DNA of 64,000 nt. Origin: Eledone cirrhosa. Its lineage: Eukaryota. The translations under genes were made by a program, and so were the position numbers. How positions within the stretch are numbered: the first letter of the stretch is position 1; each line of letters starts with the position of its first letter. Of this stretch, positions 15,798 to 32,153 are shown one piece after another. Under the pieces are notes generated by a model. The model saw only the letters and a program-made list of their open reading frames with translations, was not told the origin of the DNA and ran no database searches. The stretch covers positions 20,770,001 to 20,834,000 of the forward strand of contig OZ024747.1 of assembly GCA_964016885.1 (NCBI GenBank), in the 5' to 3' direction.

Positions 15798-17031
15798 TAA
15801 TGTCTGTACGTAATGAGGGAGTGAGAGGGGAGAGAAAGAAAGGCAGAGGTGCAGTGACGAAGTGACTCTCTCCTCCTCCTCCTCCATCTCTCCATTCGTC
15901 ACAGCGATAGAGGGGAGGAATGTTAGTGTGTTACAAAGCGAAAGAGTGAGAGTGAGAGAAACAGACAGACTAAAAGAGAGGGATAGCTGGAGAGAGAGAG
16001 AGAGATAGCAACCACGCGCGCACGTGTTTCCACTGTCGGACAGACAGACAAATTGCTGGTTATATATTATAAGGAGATGTGTAAAAGACGGGGAATTGGC
16101 AGTCATTCGAATTCTGCCTATTAGAGTGCATTACGTTATACGTTCTGGCTCCCTAAGTTTGCGTCCCGTCGAACATTACCTATCATCAATTCGAGGTCGA
16201 TAAAAGAAGTACCAGTTCTTTACTGGGGTTTAGCTTTTCCTCTGTATTTCTTTCTCACTTTCTCTCTGTCACAATCACTCTCTCTCTCTATAACACTCTC
16301 TTTCTATCTATCTATCTATATCTCTCTTTCTCTCTTTCTCTCTTTCTCTCTTTCTCTCTTTCTCCTCCTTCTTCTTCGCTGGAAGAAATCAGCTGTTTTC
16401 GGATCTGGAGGGGGATGTCCTCTTCCAGGTTTAAACTGTCCAAGACTCCATTAGGAGCTACAGGTCCATGAATGTTTTGAAAAATATAAAGACAGTATGG
16501 TTACAACTGGAACACATTTTACTATAATTCAGCTTCCCCAAGGATTGCCTGGTATAAAAGAAATCAGGAGCAATAACGACAACAATTAAAACTTAACAAA
16601 AAATTTAACTATTAAAGCTTTATAGTCATACAGAAAGTACAAAGAGAATCTCTTTAATTAATCGCATAAAGTGATGGGAGCAAAAAAGAGACTGACAGGG
16701 AGATAGAGAGAGTGAGTAAAAGAGAGACATGGCATAAAAGGAAGAATAGAAAGGGAAAGCCTGGGGGGAAATACACGGAGAAGAAAAAAGATGTACAGAA
16801 AACTCAAACATTTGCATAGTTACATAATAAAAGTATACATGAATACACATGCAAATGCAAGCACACACACATACCTAACATATGTAGCGACCAAGCTGAA
16901 ACTTCGATGTTACTGTCAATTTTCTTCTTAAAAGATAATCTGCTGCATACTACCCTGTCTCCAATATTGAGTGCTCATTCAGTTAACATTTGAGTGTTTT
17001 AAATCGTACGGTATTTAAACATATATTCTAA

Positions 17032-17077
<46 letters not shown>

Positions 17078-17177
17078 TAACAGATTTTAAAATAAATATT
17101 TGCTCTACGGTTTTTTTACATATTTATATATATATTATCCTTATCGAACCCTCTTCGGATTTTAGTCTTCACATTTA

Positions 17178-17239
<62 letters not shown>

Positions 17240-18151
17240 AACATATACATATATGTATGCACTCAACGATACATGTACACAACAATCTTGTAACCTTTTA
17301 ACCTTTTAACCAAAAACCAAATGACGTTCTTTTGCTTCGTTAAGTCTCATTTCCTGTAATCATTGAGAAGAACTAAGATTAATTACCATGAACAAGGTCG
17401 CTGTAGCAAAACATTATATCGGTTAGATCGTTTTCTTGTTCCTAATTAATATTTGCTTTTAACAGGACGGTTGATTGAGAGAATTGTTAGTACGTCGAAC
17501 AAATTGCCTTGTTAAATTTGTTGTAGCTCTTTAGGTTCTAAATTCAAAGCACGCTGCGGTCAACTTTGTCTTTTGCAATTCCAGGATCGATAAAATGAAG
17601 TATCAGTCAAGTACTGGAGTTGATATAATTAACTATAACACTTGTAGCCCCGAGCCTGTGTCAAAAATCAATATTGTTGCTCAAATTTCGTTGATAATCT
17701 TTACAGTGGATATTTAAAGATGGTTGAAATACTGAACAATGTAATTAGAGACACATTTTAACAGTATATCGTGTTCTAATCGGGCATATACAATGGTTTT
17801 CTAGCAGTGGGCTGCATAAGATATTATTCGTCATAGACAGGTCACTATACTAAAAATTTCAAGGTATATTTTTCGTTCGGCGCGACGTTCAGAGAGCCAA
17901 ACGGGCCGCAGTTTTCCCATGACTGGTTTAGATTTTAATGTTTTTAAAATGAGATAATAACAAGTCAAAGACTAAATTTCGATGCTGAGCAAGAGCATGC
18001 AATTGTTCAATCAACTGAACTATGTACGTATTTAAATTAATCCGTACGTTGTTTAATATTACAGAATCATGTGTACCCTTTATTTAATTCTCGGACTGAA
18101 TCAGCTAGACACAGGCTGTGCATTTCAATTACACGTACGGTCTTATTGAGG

Positions 18152-18241
18152 AGCTTCCGTCAGCTTCCGTCAGCTTCTGTCAGCTTCCGTCAGCTTCCGT
18201 CAGCTTCCGTCAGCTTCCGTCAGCTTCCGTCAGCTTCCGTC
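18152..18241. repeat. 10-bp tandem repeat (agcttccgtc) x9
   Basis: Directly visible; a single copy of the motif occurs in the SINE at about 61388. Confidence 0.92.
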
Positions 18242-18613
18242 TACTGCATTTCACTACCAACACTTGATAGAGTTAAAACTCTTAGTCAGAAATTATTACA
18301 CAAATAAATTACTTGTCCCGAATTCCACGCAGGAGAATCAAACTCGACACCTTATGAGTGCAAAGCATTGATTATATAAATAGAAAACAAGTTGACTTAA
18401 CAATTAAAAAGAACGCTTGAAAAATAAATTGGCATTTCGATGCTAAAATAATTTAAACAGCACACCTAGAAATGTTAACTACATCTGATTAACTGGAATT
18501 GGGAGAAATATCCATTCCATAATGATTTTTTAATGAATATAAACAGTTGATTTGGATTATTGGGAAATTAGAAATTTGGAGAGGACAGGAGGGCTTCAAC
18601 AGCAGCAGCAGCT

Positions 18614-18647
<34 letters not shown>

Positions 18648-18737
18648 CAGTAGCAGCAGCAGCAGCAACAGCAGCAGTAGTAGTAGTAGTAGTAGTAGTA
18701 GTAGAACGTCGACGTGACTGTAGATAACTGTAGATAA

Positions 18738-18878
18738 TTGTTTCTACTTTAGGCACAAGGCCAGCAATTATTCCAGTACATTACTGGTACCTTATTTTAT
18801 CGACCCCATAACGATGAAAGGCTAAGTTAACCTCAGTGGGATTTGAACTCAGAATGGCAAGGGCCGTAACTCTATGCG
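18738..18878 (-). mobile_element. SINE family A, 5'-truncated
   Basis: Same consensus. Confidence 0.85.
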
Positions 18879-18996
18879 TCAGATAATAAATATATAATAG
18901 GGTGAAACTTGTAGAACAGACAGTGTTGTCCAGGCATAAAAGTACCTCTAAATGGATGAGAATTATTGTTAATGAAACAGCATTCCTACTTTTCTA

Positions 18997-19278
18997 CTCA
19001 GACTCAGACTCAGAAGCTCCCGCGTCTTGCGACGCATGAGGCAATCATAGTGTTCCACCGCGTTCGGTCACCAGCCAGTTGCATAGCGTCCCACCATTGT
19101 CTGTTTGTCGCTCGCAGGTCCCTCTCAACTGTCTGGCGCCAGTTCATTTTGGGTCGCCCTCTCCGTCTGCTTCCCTGTGGGTTCCATTTAAGTACTTGGT
19201 TCGCCAGTCTCTCCGGGGGAAGTCTCAAAGCGTGCCCAAACCAGCCCAGGCGTCGCTTGCAGATGCCAGAAGAGACTT
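18997..19278 (-). mobile_element. 5'-truncated RTE-clade LINE 3' end with TSD
   Basis: RRLGWFGHALRLPPERLANQVLKWNPQGSRRRGRPKMNWRQTVERDL...DRTRW, (tctgag)n tail, TSD ctacttttcta at 18986-18996 and 19279-19289. Confidence 0.88.
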
Positions 19279-19393
19279 CTACTTTTCTAGAACACTATTT
19301 AATTGCTCTCAAATAGTTATCTTTCATGTAAGAAATGAAACGAAATTGTTTTCCAATACACTTATAGAAATCTGGTGTCTATTGTACTGTGAA

Positions 19394-19730
19394 GGTACAT
19401 GGCTTAGTGGTTAGAGCATTTGGCTTGTGATCGGAAGGTTGTGAGTTCGATTCTCGGACCGCGTGATGCGTTGTGTCCTTGAGCAAAACACTTTATTTCA
19501 CATTGCTCCGGTTTACTCAGATGTAGAAAGAGTTGCGACGTCACTGGTGTCAAGCTGTATCAGCCATTGCCTTTCCTTTGGACATCATCGGTGGTATGGA
19601 GAGGGGAGACTGGTATGCATGGGCCACTGCTGGTCTTCCTCAAACAACCTTGCCCGGACTTGTGCCTCGGAGGGAAACTTTCTAGGTGCAAATCCCATGG
19701 TTATTCGTGACCGGAGGGAGTCTTTACCCT
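19394..19730 (+). mobile_element. tRNA-derived SINE with CORE-like domain
   Basis: A box tggcttagtgg (19400-19410), B box gttcgattc (19445-19453), then gttgtgtccttgagcaaaacactt. Confidence 0.8.
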
Positions 19731-20601
19731 ATACTGTGCTACACATATGCAATGAATATGAATAGTATATTTCATAATTTAAATGAGTAAATGTCATGTA
19801 GCTAAGTCATGCATATTAAATGAGGAAGTGAAAGCCAAAACAGTTTTAATTCATTTAAAAGAATTATTGAGCAAAATGTTTCATTAATTACTTTTTTTTT
19901 TTTTTCTTTTTTTTTTGTTGTTGTTTTTTTTTTTGTTGTTGTTGTTTAGTCGGAATGGATGGGTAGTACTGTATTCATGGCATCTGCGAGTGGTGAGAAG
20001 ACACACGCACACAAATACACACGCACACACATATATATAGAGAGAGAGGGAGGGGGATGGGGAGGGGGAGGGGGGAATAGGAAGTCAGATTTTCAGCTTG
20101 TTATGAAACTCTATTGCATACTAGCTGAATGACCCGGGGTTGAACAATGAAGGCAAAAAAATGGGGTTCAGTTAATCTATTGTTTTACGATCGTTTCAAA
20201 GGGTCAAATAAACTTTGACAATATCGATATATTGGTAATACTTTTTGTTGCTCTTGTACTCCCTATTGGCTTCCCCTACCTAACCCAATGGAATTTCTTT
20301 GATGCATTAGCTTGAGCACTGAACTGGTACTTTCTTTATCGACACTGAGAGAAACAACGGAAAAGTGGACCCCACCAGAAGTTAAACGCAGATCACGAAG
20401 ACCCGAAAGAAATGTCGCTACAAATTTTTTCCGTCGCTCTAACGACTCTTCCAGTTCGACCACCATGACAAACTGATAAAACAATATATTCTTCTTACAC
20501 TAGCCAACTCCTGTAAATAAATATATTTCCACACTATACTACTATACAACTTTTCTATCATATATTCGTTTCTAATTTAGGCACTTGGCTGTCAATGTTG
20601 A

Positions 20602-20817
20602 CCCTTTAATATTTAAACCGGTCATATCCGGCCAGAATTCTGTCACCCCTTTCACCCCTTTCTGTTGAAACCGGCCATAACCGGCTGCTCATACTTATGA
20701 CAAGGTATTGGTCTCAACATAAATAATATCAAAGTCTCGTAGATCCGATATTATGTGAGATAAAGTATTTACTGTAAAAATACAATAGTAAATATAGAGT
20801 ATGTAAATGCTAAAGGG
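20602..20817. mobile_element. piggyBac-like MITE
   Basis: TIRs ccctttaatattta / taaatgctaaaggg, flanked by ttga and ttaa (TTAA-type target). Confidence 0.7.
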
Positions 20818-21289
20818 TTAAGAGAGAGGAAAGCCGATTAAATTGAAACTCTACTTGACTAATACTTTATTTTATCCATCAAGGAAGGGTGAAAATCGAA
20901 GTTGACCCCCGACGGGATTTGAACTCTGAACATAATATGTCAGACCTTCTGACCATATCTCACTAACGACTCAACTAAACACCGCGCTTATAACTTTAAT
21001 GTTATATATCAAAATCTGATGTTGTCCGTTGAATTTTTCTTTCTTTCTCTAGTCAATCACCAAATATGTCCAACACACAGACACGTCTACACGTCTACTG
21101 AATAACGTTTTGGACATTTGACAACTTTAGCCAGACGAAAACATAAAATGCACTTTCCATGTCTTCCACTCCTTCTACATTCTACTTCCCCACCTTCACA
21201 TTATTATAAGCATTATCACAACCTATGTCACCAACTTCCTCATCTTCGTCGACGTTGCCGTTCTTATTATCATAAGCATGGTCATCATT

Positions 21290-21296
21290 TTCGCTG

Positions 21297-21331
<35 letters not shown>

Positions 21332-21431
21332 TACAGCATCATCAGCAACAACGACATCATCATCATCATCATCATCATCATCCACAGTGTCACCAGCAAC
21401 AACGATATCATCATCATCATCGTTATTGCTG

Positions 21432-21495
<64 letters not shown>

Positions 21496-21753
21496 CAGCA
21501 TCATCAGCAACAACGACATCATCATCATCATCATCATCGTTATCGCTGTCATCATCATCAATACCTTTATCATCATCTTTATCGTCACCATCACCAACAA
21601 CATCATCATCATCACCAACAACATCATCATCATCATCATCATCATCCACAGCATCATCAGCAACAACGACATCATCATCATCATCATCATCGTTATCGCT
21701 GTCATCATCATCAATACCTTTATCATCATCTTTATCGTCACCATCACCAACAA

Positions 21754-21801
<48 letters not shown>

Positions 21802-21906
21802 CAGCATCATCAGCAACAACGACATCATCATCATCATCATCATCGTTATCGCTGTCATCAACATCAATACCTCTATCATCATCTTTATCGTCACCATCAC
21901 CAACAA

Positions 21907-21942
<36 letters not shown>

Positions 21943-22075
21943 CAGCATCATCACCAACAACGACATCATCATCATCATCATCATCATCGTTATCGCTGTC
22001 ATCATCATCAATACCTTTATCATCATCTTTATCGTCACCATCACCAACAACGACATCATCATCATCATCATCATC
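21290..22075. repeat. (CAT)n-derived higher-order repeat with 140-155 bp units
   Basis: ccacagcatc landmarks near 21493, 21646, 21799 and 21940. Confidence 0.9.
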
Positions 22076-22739
22076 ACATTATTGTCATCGTCATCAACAA
22101 CAACAGTCTCCACCTCCACCACTACCATATTAAAAATCTTAAATCAAAAACTCCAAGTATATAACGAAGAAATGTTATTACTTCGCATTGTTGCTCGGTG
22201 TCTAAGAGGAAAAAGCCCGGATGTAGTTGAAGTAATTGTGACGTGGTCCATTTCATCGACTTTGCAACTTGATTGGTTTATTGGCTAGTTCGGTGATTGG
22301 GATTGGCCAGACTATGTATGTGTGAAAGACAATCACTTGTTGAGAAGGTGACCTTTTTCAACGGTCAAGCTTTCAAGAGATTTCTTTATTGCTTCATGTT
22401 CAGCAACTACCGCGACGGACACCACACCGCCGCCCACTATCAGCATCAAAACCGCCTTCTCTTGTTCTGTTATTCTACCAATTCAACATTCACTACCAAG
22501 ACAAGCACCGCCACGACCTCTACCAATATCAACATAACCACCACCACCACCAGCACAGTCACCTCTATTACTAACACCAACGCAATCACCATCATTGTCA
22601 ACACCAACACAAGCATCACTATCTACAACACAAACCTCAATACAATCCCCATCGCTACTAAAACCATCATAACTAGCAACAACGCTACCATCATCAACAC
22701 TGACACAATCACCACCACTACCAACACCAACACAGCCGT

Positions 22740-25700
22740 CACCACCATCACTGCCAACACTACCACCAACACAGCCATCACCACCATCACTGCCAACACT
22801 ACCACCAACACAGCCATCACCACCATCACTGCCAACAACACCACCACTAACATTACCACCACCACCATCACTGCCAACACCACCACTAACATTACCACCA
22901 CCACCATCACTACCAACACCACAACTAACATTACCACCACCATCACTACCAACACCACCACTAACATTATCACCACCACCATCACTACTAACACCACCAC
23001 TAACATTACCACCACCACCATCACTACCAACACCACCACTAACATTACCACCACCACCATCACCACCAACACCACCACTAACATTACCACCACCACCATC
23101 ACTACCTACACCACCACTAACATTACCACCACCACCATCACCACCAACACCACCACTAACATTACCACCACCACCATCACTACCTACACCACCACTAACA
23201 TTACCACCACCACCATCACTACCAACACCACCACTAACATTACCACCACCACCATCACTGCCAACACCACCACTAACATTACCACCACCACCATCACTAC
23301 CAACACCACAACTAACATTACCACCACCATCACTACCAACACCACCACTAACATTATCACCACCACCATCACTACCAACACCACCACTAACATTACCACC
23401 ACCACCATCACTACCAACACCACCACTAACATTACCACCACCACCATCACTACCAACACCACCACAAACATTACCACCACCACCACCACTACCAACACCA
23501 CCACTAACATTACCACCACCATCATCACTACCAACACCACCACAAACATTACCACCACCACCATCACTACCAACACCACCACAAACATTAGCACCACCAC
23601 CATCACTACCAACACCACCACTAACATTACCACCACCACCACCACTACCAACACCACCACTAACATTAGCACCACCACCATCACTACCAACACCACCACT
23701 AACATTACCACCACCACCATCACTACCAACACCACCACTAACATTACCACCACCACCATCACTACCAACACCACCACTAACATTACCACCACCACCACCA
23801 CTACCAACACCACCACTAACATTAGCACCACCACCATCACTACCAACACCACCACTAACATTACCACCACCACCATCACTACCAACACCACCACTAACAT
23901 TACCACCACCACCATCACTACCAACACCACCACTAACATTACCACCACTACCATCACTACCAACACCACCACTAACATTACCACCACCATCACTACCAAC
24001 ACCACCATTAACATTACCACCACCATCATCACTACCAACACCACCATTACCACCACCACCTTCACTACCAACACTACCACTAACATTACCACGACCATCA
24101 TCACTACCAACACCACCACTACCATTACCACCACCACCACCATCACTACCAACACTACCCCTAACATTACCACCACCACCATCACTACCAACACTACCAC
24201 TAACATTACCACCACCACCATCACTACCAACACCACCACTAACATTACCACCACCACCATCACTACCAACACCACCACTGACAATACCACAACCACCACA
24301 ATCACTACCAACACCACCACTAACATTACCACCACCACCATCACTACCAACACTACCACTAACATTACCACCACCACCATCACTACCAACACCACCACTG
24401 ACATTACCACCACCACCACCATCACTACCAACACCACCACTAACATTACCACCACCACCATCACTACCAACACCACCACTAACATTACCACCACCACCAT
24501 CACTACCAACACCACCACTAACATTACCACCACCACCATCACTACCAACACCACCACTAACATTACCACCACCACCATCACTACCAACACCACCACTAAC
24601 ATTACCACCACCACCATCACTACCAACACCACCACTAACATTACCACCACCACCATCACTACCAACACTACCACTAACATTACCACCACCACCATCACTA
24701 CCAACACCACCACTAACATTACCACCACCACCATCACTACCAACACTACCACTAACATTACCACCACCACCATCACTACCAACACCACCACTGACATTAC
24801 CACCACCACCACAATCACTACCAACACCACCACTAACATTACCACCACCACCATCACTACCAACACTACCACTAACATTACCACCACCACCATCACTACC
24901 AACACCACCACTAACATTACCACCACCACCATCACTACCAACACCACCATTAACATTACCACCACCACCATCACTACCAACACCACCACTAATATTACCA
25001 CCACCACCATCACTACCAACACCACCACTAACATTACCACCACCACCACCATTACCAACACCACCACCAACATTACCACCACCATCACTACCAACACCAC
25101 CACTAACATTACCACCACCACCACTACCAACACCAGCACTAACATTACCACCACCACCACTACCAACACCAGCACTAACATTACCACCACCACCATCACT
25201 ACCAACACCAGCACTAACATTACCACCACCACCACCATTACCAACACCACCACCAACATTACCACCACCATCACTACCAACACCACCACTAACATTACTA
25301 CCACCACCATCACTACCAACACTACCACTAACATTACCACCACCACCACTACCAACACCAGCACTAACATTACCACCACCACCATCACCACCAACACCAC
25401 CACTAACATTACCACCACCACCATCACTACCAACACCACCACTAACATTACCACCACCACCATCACTACCAACACCACCACAAACATTACCACCACCACC
25501 ACCACTACCAACACCACCACTAACATTACCACCACCACCATCACTACCAACACCACCACAAACATTACCACCACCACCATCACTACCAACACCACCACAA
25601 ACATTAGCACCACCACCATCACTACCAACACCACCACTAACATTACCACCACCACCACCACTACCAACACCACCACTAACATTAGCACCACCACCATCAC

Positions 25701-28700
25701 TACCAACACCACCACTAACATTACCACCACCACCATCACTACCAACACCACCACTAACATTACCACCACTACCATCACTACCAACACCACCACTAACATT
25801 ACCACCACCATCACTACCAACACCACCATTAACATTACCACCACCATCATCACTACCAACACCACCATTACCACCACCACCTTCACTACCAACACTACCA
25901 CTAACATTACCACGACCATCATCACTACCAACACCACCACTACCATTACCACCACCACCACCATCACTACCAACACTACCCCTAACATTACCACCACCAC
26001 CATCACTACCAACACTACCACTAACATTACCACCACCACCATCACTACCAACACCACCACTACCATTACCACCACCACCACCATCACTACCAACACTACC
26101 ACTAACATTAACACCACCACCATCACTACCATCACCACCACTAACATTACCACCACCACCATCACTACCAACACCACCATTAACATTACCACCACCATCA
26201 TCACTACCAACACCACCACTAACATTACCACCACCACCATCACTACCAACACCACCACTAACATTACCACCACCACCATCACTACCAACACCACCACTAA
26301 CATTACCACCACCACTACCAACACCACCACTAACATTACCACCACCACCATCACTACCAACACCACCACTAACATTACCACCACCACCATCACTACCAAC
26401 ACCACCACTGACAATACCACAACCACCACAATCACTACCAACACCACCACTAACATTACCACCACCACCATCACTACCAACACTACCACTAACATTACCA
26501 CCACCACCATCACTACCAACACCACCACTGACATTACCACCACCACCACCATCACTACCAACACCACCACTAACATTACCACCACCACCATCACTACCAA
26601 CACCACCACTGACATTACCACCACCACCACCATCACTACCAACACCACCACTAACATTACCACCACCACCATCACTACCAACACCACCACTGACATTACC
26701 ACCACCACCACAATCACTACCAACACCACCACTAACATTACCACCACCACCATCACTACCAACAACACCACTAACATTACCACCACCACCATCACTACCA
26801 ACAACACCACTAACATTACCACCACCACCATCACTACCAACACTACCACTAACATTACCACCACCACCATCACTACCAACACCACCACTAACATTACCAC
26901 CACCACCATCACTACCAACACCACCATTAACATTACCACCACCACCATCACTACCAACACCACCACTAATATTACCACCACCACCATCACTACCAACACC
27001 ACCACTAACATTACCACCACCACCACCATTACCAACACCACCACCAACATTACCACCACCATCACTACCAACACCACCACTAACATTACCACCACCACCA
27101 CTACCAACACCAGCACTAACATTACCACCACCACCACTACCAACACCAGCACTAACATTACCACCACCACCATCACTACCAACACCAGCACTAACATTAC
27201 CACCACCACCACCATTACCAACACCACCACCAACATTACCACCACCATCACTACCAACACCACCACTAACATTACTACCACCACCATCACTACCAACACT
27301 ACCACTAACATTACCACCACCACCACTACCAACACCAGCACTAACATTACCACCACGACCATCACTACCAACACCACCACTAACATTACCACCACCACCA
27401 CTACCAACACCAGCACTAACATTACCACCACCATCACTACCAACACCAGCACTAACATTACCACCACCACCATCACTGCCAACACCACCACTAACATTAC
27501 CACCACCACCATCACTACCAACACCACCACCAACATTACCACCATCACTACCAACACAAACACTAACAATACCACCACCACCATCACTACCAACACCACC
27601 ACCAACATTACCACCATCACTACCAACACCACCACTAACATTACCACCACCACCATCACTACCAACACCACCACTGACATTACCACCACCACCACAATCA
27701 CTACCAACACCACCACTAACATTACCACCACCACCATCACTACCAACACTACCACTAACATTACCACCATTACCATCACTACCAACACCACCACTAACAT
27801 TACCACCACCACCATCACTACCAACACCACCACTAACATTACCACCACCACCATCACTACCAACACTACCACTAACATTACCACCACCACCATCACTACC
27901 AACACTACCACTAACATTACCACCACCACCATCACTACCAACACCACCACTAACATTACCACCACCACCATCACTACCAACACCACCACTGACATTACCA
28001 CCACCACCACAATCACTACCAACACCACCACTAACATTACCACCACCACCATCACTACCAACAACACCACTAACATTACCACCACCACCATCACTACCAA
28101 CACCACCACTAACATTACCACCACCACCATCACTAGCAACACCACCACTAACATTACCACCACCACCATCACTACCAACACCACCACTAACATTACCACC
28201 ACCACCACCATCACTACCAACACCACCACTAACATTACCACCACCACCATCACTAGCAACACCACCACTAACATTACCACCACCACCATCACTACCAACA
28301 CCACCACTAACATTACCAACACCACCACCATCACTACCAACACCACCACTAACACTACCACCACCACCATCACTACCAACACCACCACTAACATTACCAC
28401 CACCACCATCACTACCAACACCACCACTAACATTACCACCACCACCATCACTAGCAACACCACCACTAACATTACCACCACCACCATCACTACCAACACC
28501 ACCACTAACATTACCACCACCACCATCACTAGCAACACCACCACTAACATTACCACCACCACAATCACTACCAACACCACCACTAACATTACCACCACCA
28601 CCATCACTACCAACAACACCACTAACATTACCACCACCACCATCACTACCAACACCACCACTAACATTACCACCACCACCATCACTAGCAACACCACCAC

Positions 28701-31290
28701 TAACATTACCACCACCACCATCACTACCAACACCACCACTAACATTACCACCACCACCATCACTACCAACAACACCACTAACATTACCACCACCACCATC
28801 ACTACCAACACCACCACTAACATTACAACCACCACCATCACTACCAACACCACCACTAACATTACCACCACCACCACTACCAACACCACCACTAACATTA
28901 CCACCACCACCATCACTACCAACACCACCACTAACATTACCACCACCACCACTACCAACACCACCACTAACATTACCACCACCATCACTACCAACACCAC
29001 CACTAACATTACCACCACCACCATCACTACCAACACCACCACTAACATTACCACCACCACCATCACTACCAACACCATCACTAACATTACCACCACCACC
29101 ATCACCACCAACACCACCACTAACATTACCACCACCACCATCACTACCAACACCACCACTAACATTACCACCACCACCATCACTACCAACACCACCACTA
29201 ACATTACCACCACCACCACTACCAACACCACCACTAACATTAGCACCACCACCATCACTACCAACACCACCACTAACATTACCACCACCACCACCACTAC
29301 CAACACCACCACTAACATTACCACCACCACCACCATCACTACCAACACCACCACTAACATTACCACCACCACCATCACTACCAACACCACCACTAACATT
29401 ACCACCACCACCACCACTACCAACACCACCTCTAACATTACCACCACCACCACCACTACCAACACCACCAATAACATTACCACCACCACCATCACTACCA
29501 ACACCACCACTAACATTACCACCACCACCACCACTACCAACACCACCACTACCATTACCACCACCACCACCATCACTACCAACACCACCACTAACATTAC
29601 CACCACCACCATCACTACCAACACCACCGCTAACATTACCACCACCACCATCACTACCAACATTACCACCACCACCATCACTGCCAACACCACCACTAAC
29701 ATTACCACCACCACCATCACTACCAACACCACCACTAACATTACCACCACCACCATCACTACCATCACCACCCCTAACATTACCACCACCATCACTACCA
29801 ACACCACCACTAACATTACCACCACCACCACCACTACCAACACCACCACTAACATTACCACCACCACCATCACTACCAACACTACCACTAATATTACCAC
29901 CACCACCACCACTACCAACACCACCACTAACATTACCACCACCACCATCACTGCCAACACCACTACTAACATTACCACCACCACCATCACTACCAACACT
30001 ACCACTAACATTACCACCGCCACCATCACTACCAACATTACCACCACCACCATCACTACCATCACCACCCCTAACATTACCACCACCATCACTACCAACA
30101 CTACCACTAACATTACCACCACCATCATCACTACCAACACCACCACTAACATTACCACCACCACCACCATCACTACCAACACTACTACTAACATTACCAC
30201 CGCCACCATCACTACCAACACCACCACTAACATTACCACCACCACCATCACTACCAACACCACCACTAACATTACCACCACCACCACCACTACCAACACC
30301 ACCACTAACATTACCACCGCCACCATCACTACCAACACCACCACTAACATTACCACCACCACCACCATCACTACCAACACTACCACTAACATTACCACCA
30401 CCACCATCATCACTACCAACACCACCACTAACATTACCACCACCATCATCACTACCAACACCACCACTAACATTACCACCACCACCACCATCACTACCAA
30501 CACTACCACTAACATTACCACCACCACCATCACTGCCAACACCACCACTAACATTACCACCACCATCATCACTACCAACACCACCACTAACATTACCACC
30601 ACCATCATCACTACCAACACCACCACTAACATTACCACCACCACCACCACCATCACCATCACTACCAACACCACCACTAACATTACCACCACCATCATCA
30701 CTACCAACACCACCACTAACATTACCACCACCACCACCACCATCACCATCACTACCAACACCACCACTAACATTACCACCACCATCATCACTACCAACAC
30801 CACCACTAACATTACCACCACCATCATCACTACCAACACCACCACTAACATTACCACCACCACCACCACCATCACCATCACTACCAACACCACCACTAAC
30901 ATTACCACCACCATTATCACTACCAACACCACCACTAACATTACCACCACCATCATCACTACCAACACCACCACTAACATTACCACCACCACCACCACCA
31001 TCACCATCACTACCAACACCATCACTAACATTACCACCACCATCATCACTACCAACACCACCACTAACATTACCACCACCACCACCACCATCACCATCAC
31101 TACCAACACCACTACTAACATTACCACCACCATCATCACTACCAACACCACCACTAACATTACCACCACCACCACTACCAACACCACCACTAACATTACC
31201 ACCACCACCATCACTACCAACACCACCACTAACATTACCACCACCACCACCACCACCATCATCACTACCAACACCACCAAGAACACAACT
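22740..31290. repeat. 39-bp ACC-derived minisatellite, about 8.5 kb
   Basis: Unit accaacaccaccactaacattaccaccaccaccatcact with triplet indels and kb-scale internal duplications. Confidence 0.95.
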
Positions 31291-31339
31291 ACTCACCACC
31301 AAATAACGATTTTTCGTATTTGAGAGGAAAAAACCCCAG

Positions 31340-31590
31340 CTATTTCTCTACAGTTTCTCGTATCACTGAATTTGCCTGATTTAGGAATTGATATCAATTC
31401 GTTCTCTTACAACTTATATGGTTTCCCTGAGTTTGTAAGGAGCTTGTTCGCAAACTCCAAGATAATTTCACTCAATGACCATCGTTTGAGTACCTCAGGA
31501 AGAATTCCATTTGGATCAGCAGCATTTCATCCTTTTATATTCTTATCGATCGGTCCCATTGATAGATGGATCTCTCCAAGGTTATCTTTA
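31340..31590 (-). pseudogene. Degraded LINE RT N-terminal fragment
   Basis: NAADPNGILPEVLK...ELISIPKSGKFSDTRNCREIA resembles KAAGPDGIPPEVLK...IPIPKKG...NYRGI. Confidence 0.6.
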
Positions 31591-31967
31591 ATAAGGGTAG
31601 CAGCTAATAAAAGTGACGATAGTTATTTTATTATACGTTCCTCTCTACTTTTTTCTGTATAGGATTCTAGCGTTTTTTGTTGTATTTTTTTGTTTGTTTG
31701 TTTGTTTTTATCACACATATCATATTGGCTCTCTTTCAGCTGTTAATGCGCTTGTTTCACCTTCCTTAAATAAACAGGGTGATAGCATTTAGTTACGGCC
31801 CTTTACGTTCTTTGTTAAAATCCCGCTTTGCATTTCATTATTTCAGAGTCGATAAAATAAAGTACATGTAAAGTGTTTGTGTTGATTTAATCTACTTTCA
31901 CCTCCACCAAAATTAATGGCCCTGTACCTATGTTAGAAAAATAGTCCAATTTTTCGTCCCCAATAGT

Positions 31968-32153
31968 TGTTTCTACTTTTGGCACAAGGCCAGCTATTAT
32001 CTCAGTGCATTACTGGTACTTTATTTTATCTACCCCGTAAGGATGAAAGGCAAAGTTAACTTCGACGGGATTTGAACTCAGACCGTAAAGGAAGGTAACT
32101 ATGCTGGAAAGCATGACGTCGTCCGACCCTCTACTGATATTGTCAATCCACCA
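31968..32153 (-). mobile_element. SINE family A
   Basis: Same consensus as 59828-60011. Confidence 0.85.

Noticed and set aside
19394-19470. tRNA gene
   Set aside because: A and B boxes continue into a SINE body and the acceptor stem is not intact.
20120-20140. Helitron 3' end on the minus strand (ccgggtcattcagCTAGt)
   Set aside because: Only half of the hairpin remains and no matching 5' end was found.
21118-22288. Poly-His, poly-Asp, poly-Ser, poly-Ile and poly-Met ORFs
   Set aside because: Five frames are open over a (CAT)n-derived repeat, with no independent coding evidence.
22483-31302. Gly-rich 2939-aa and Val-rich 2700-aa minus-strand ORFs
   Set aside because: They are antisense frames of the same minisatellite.
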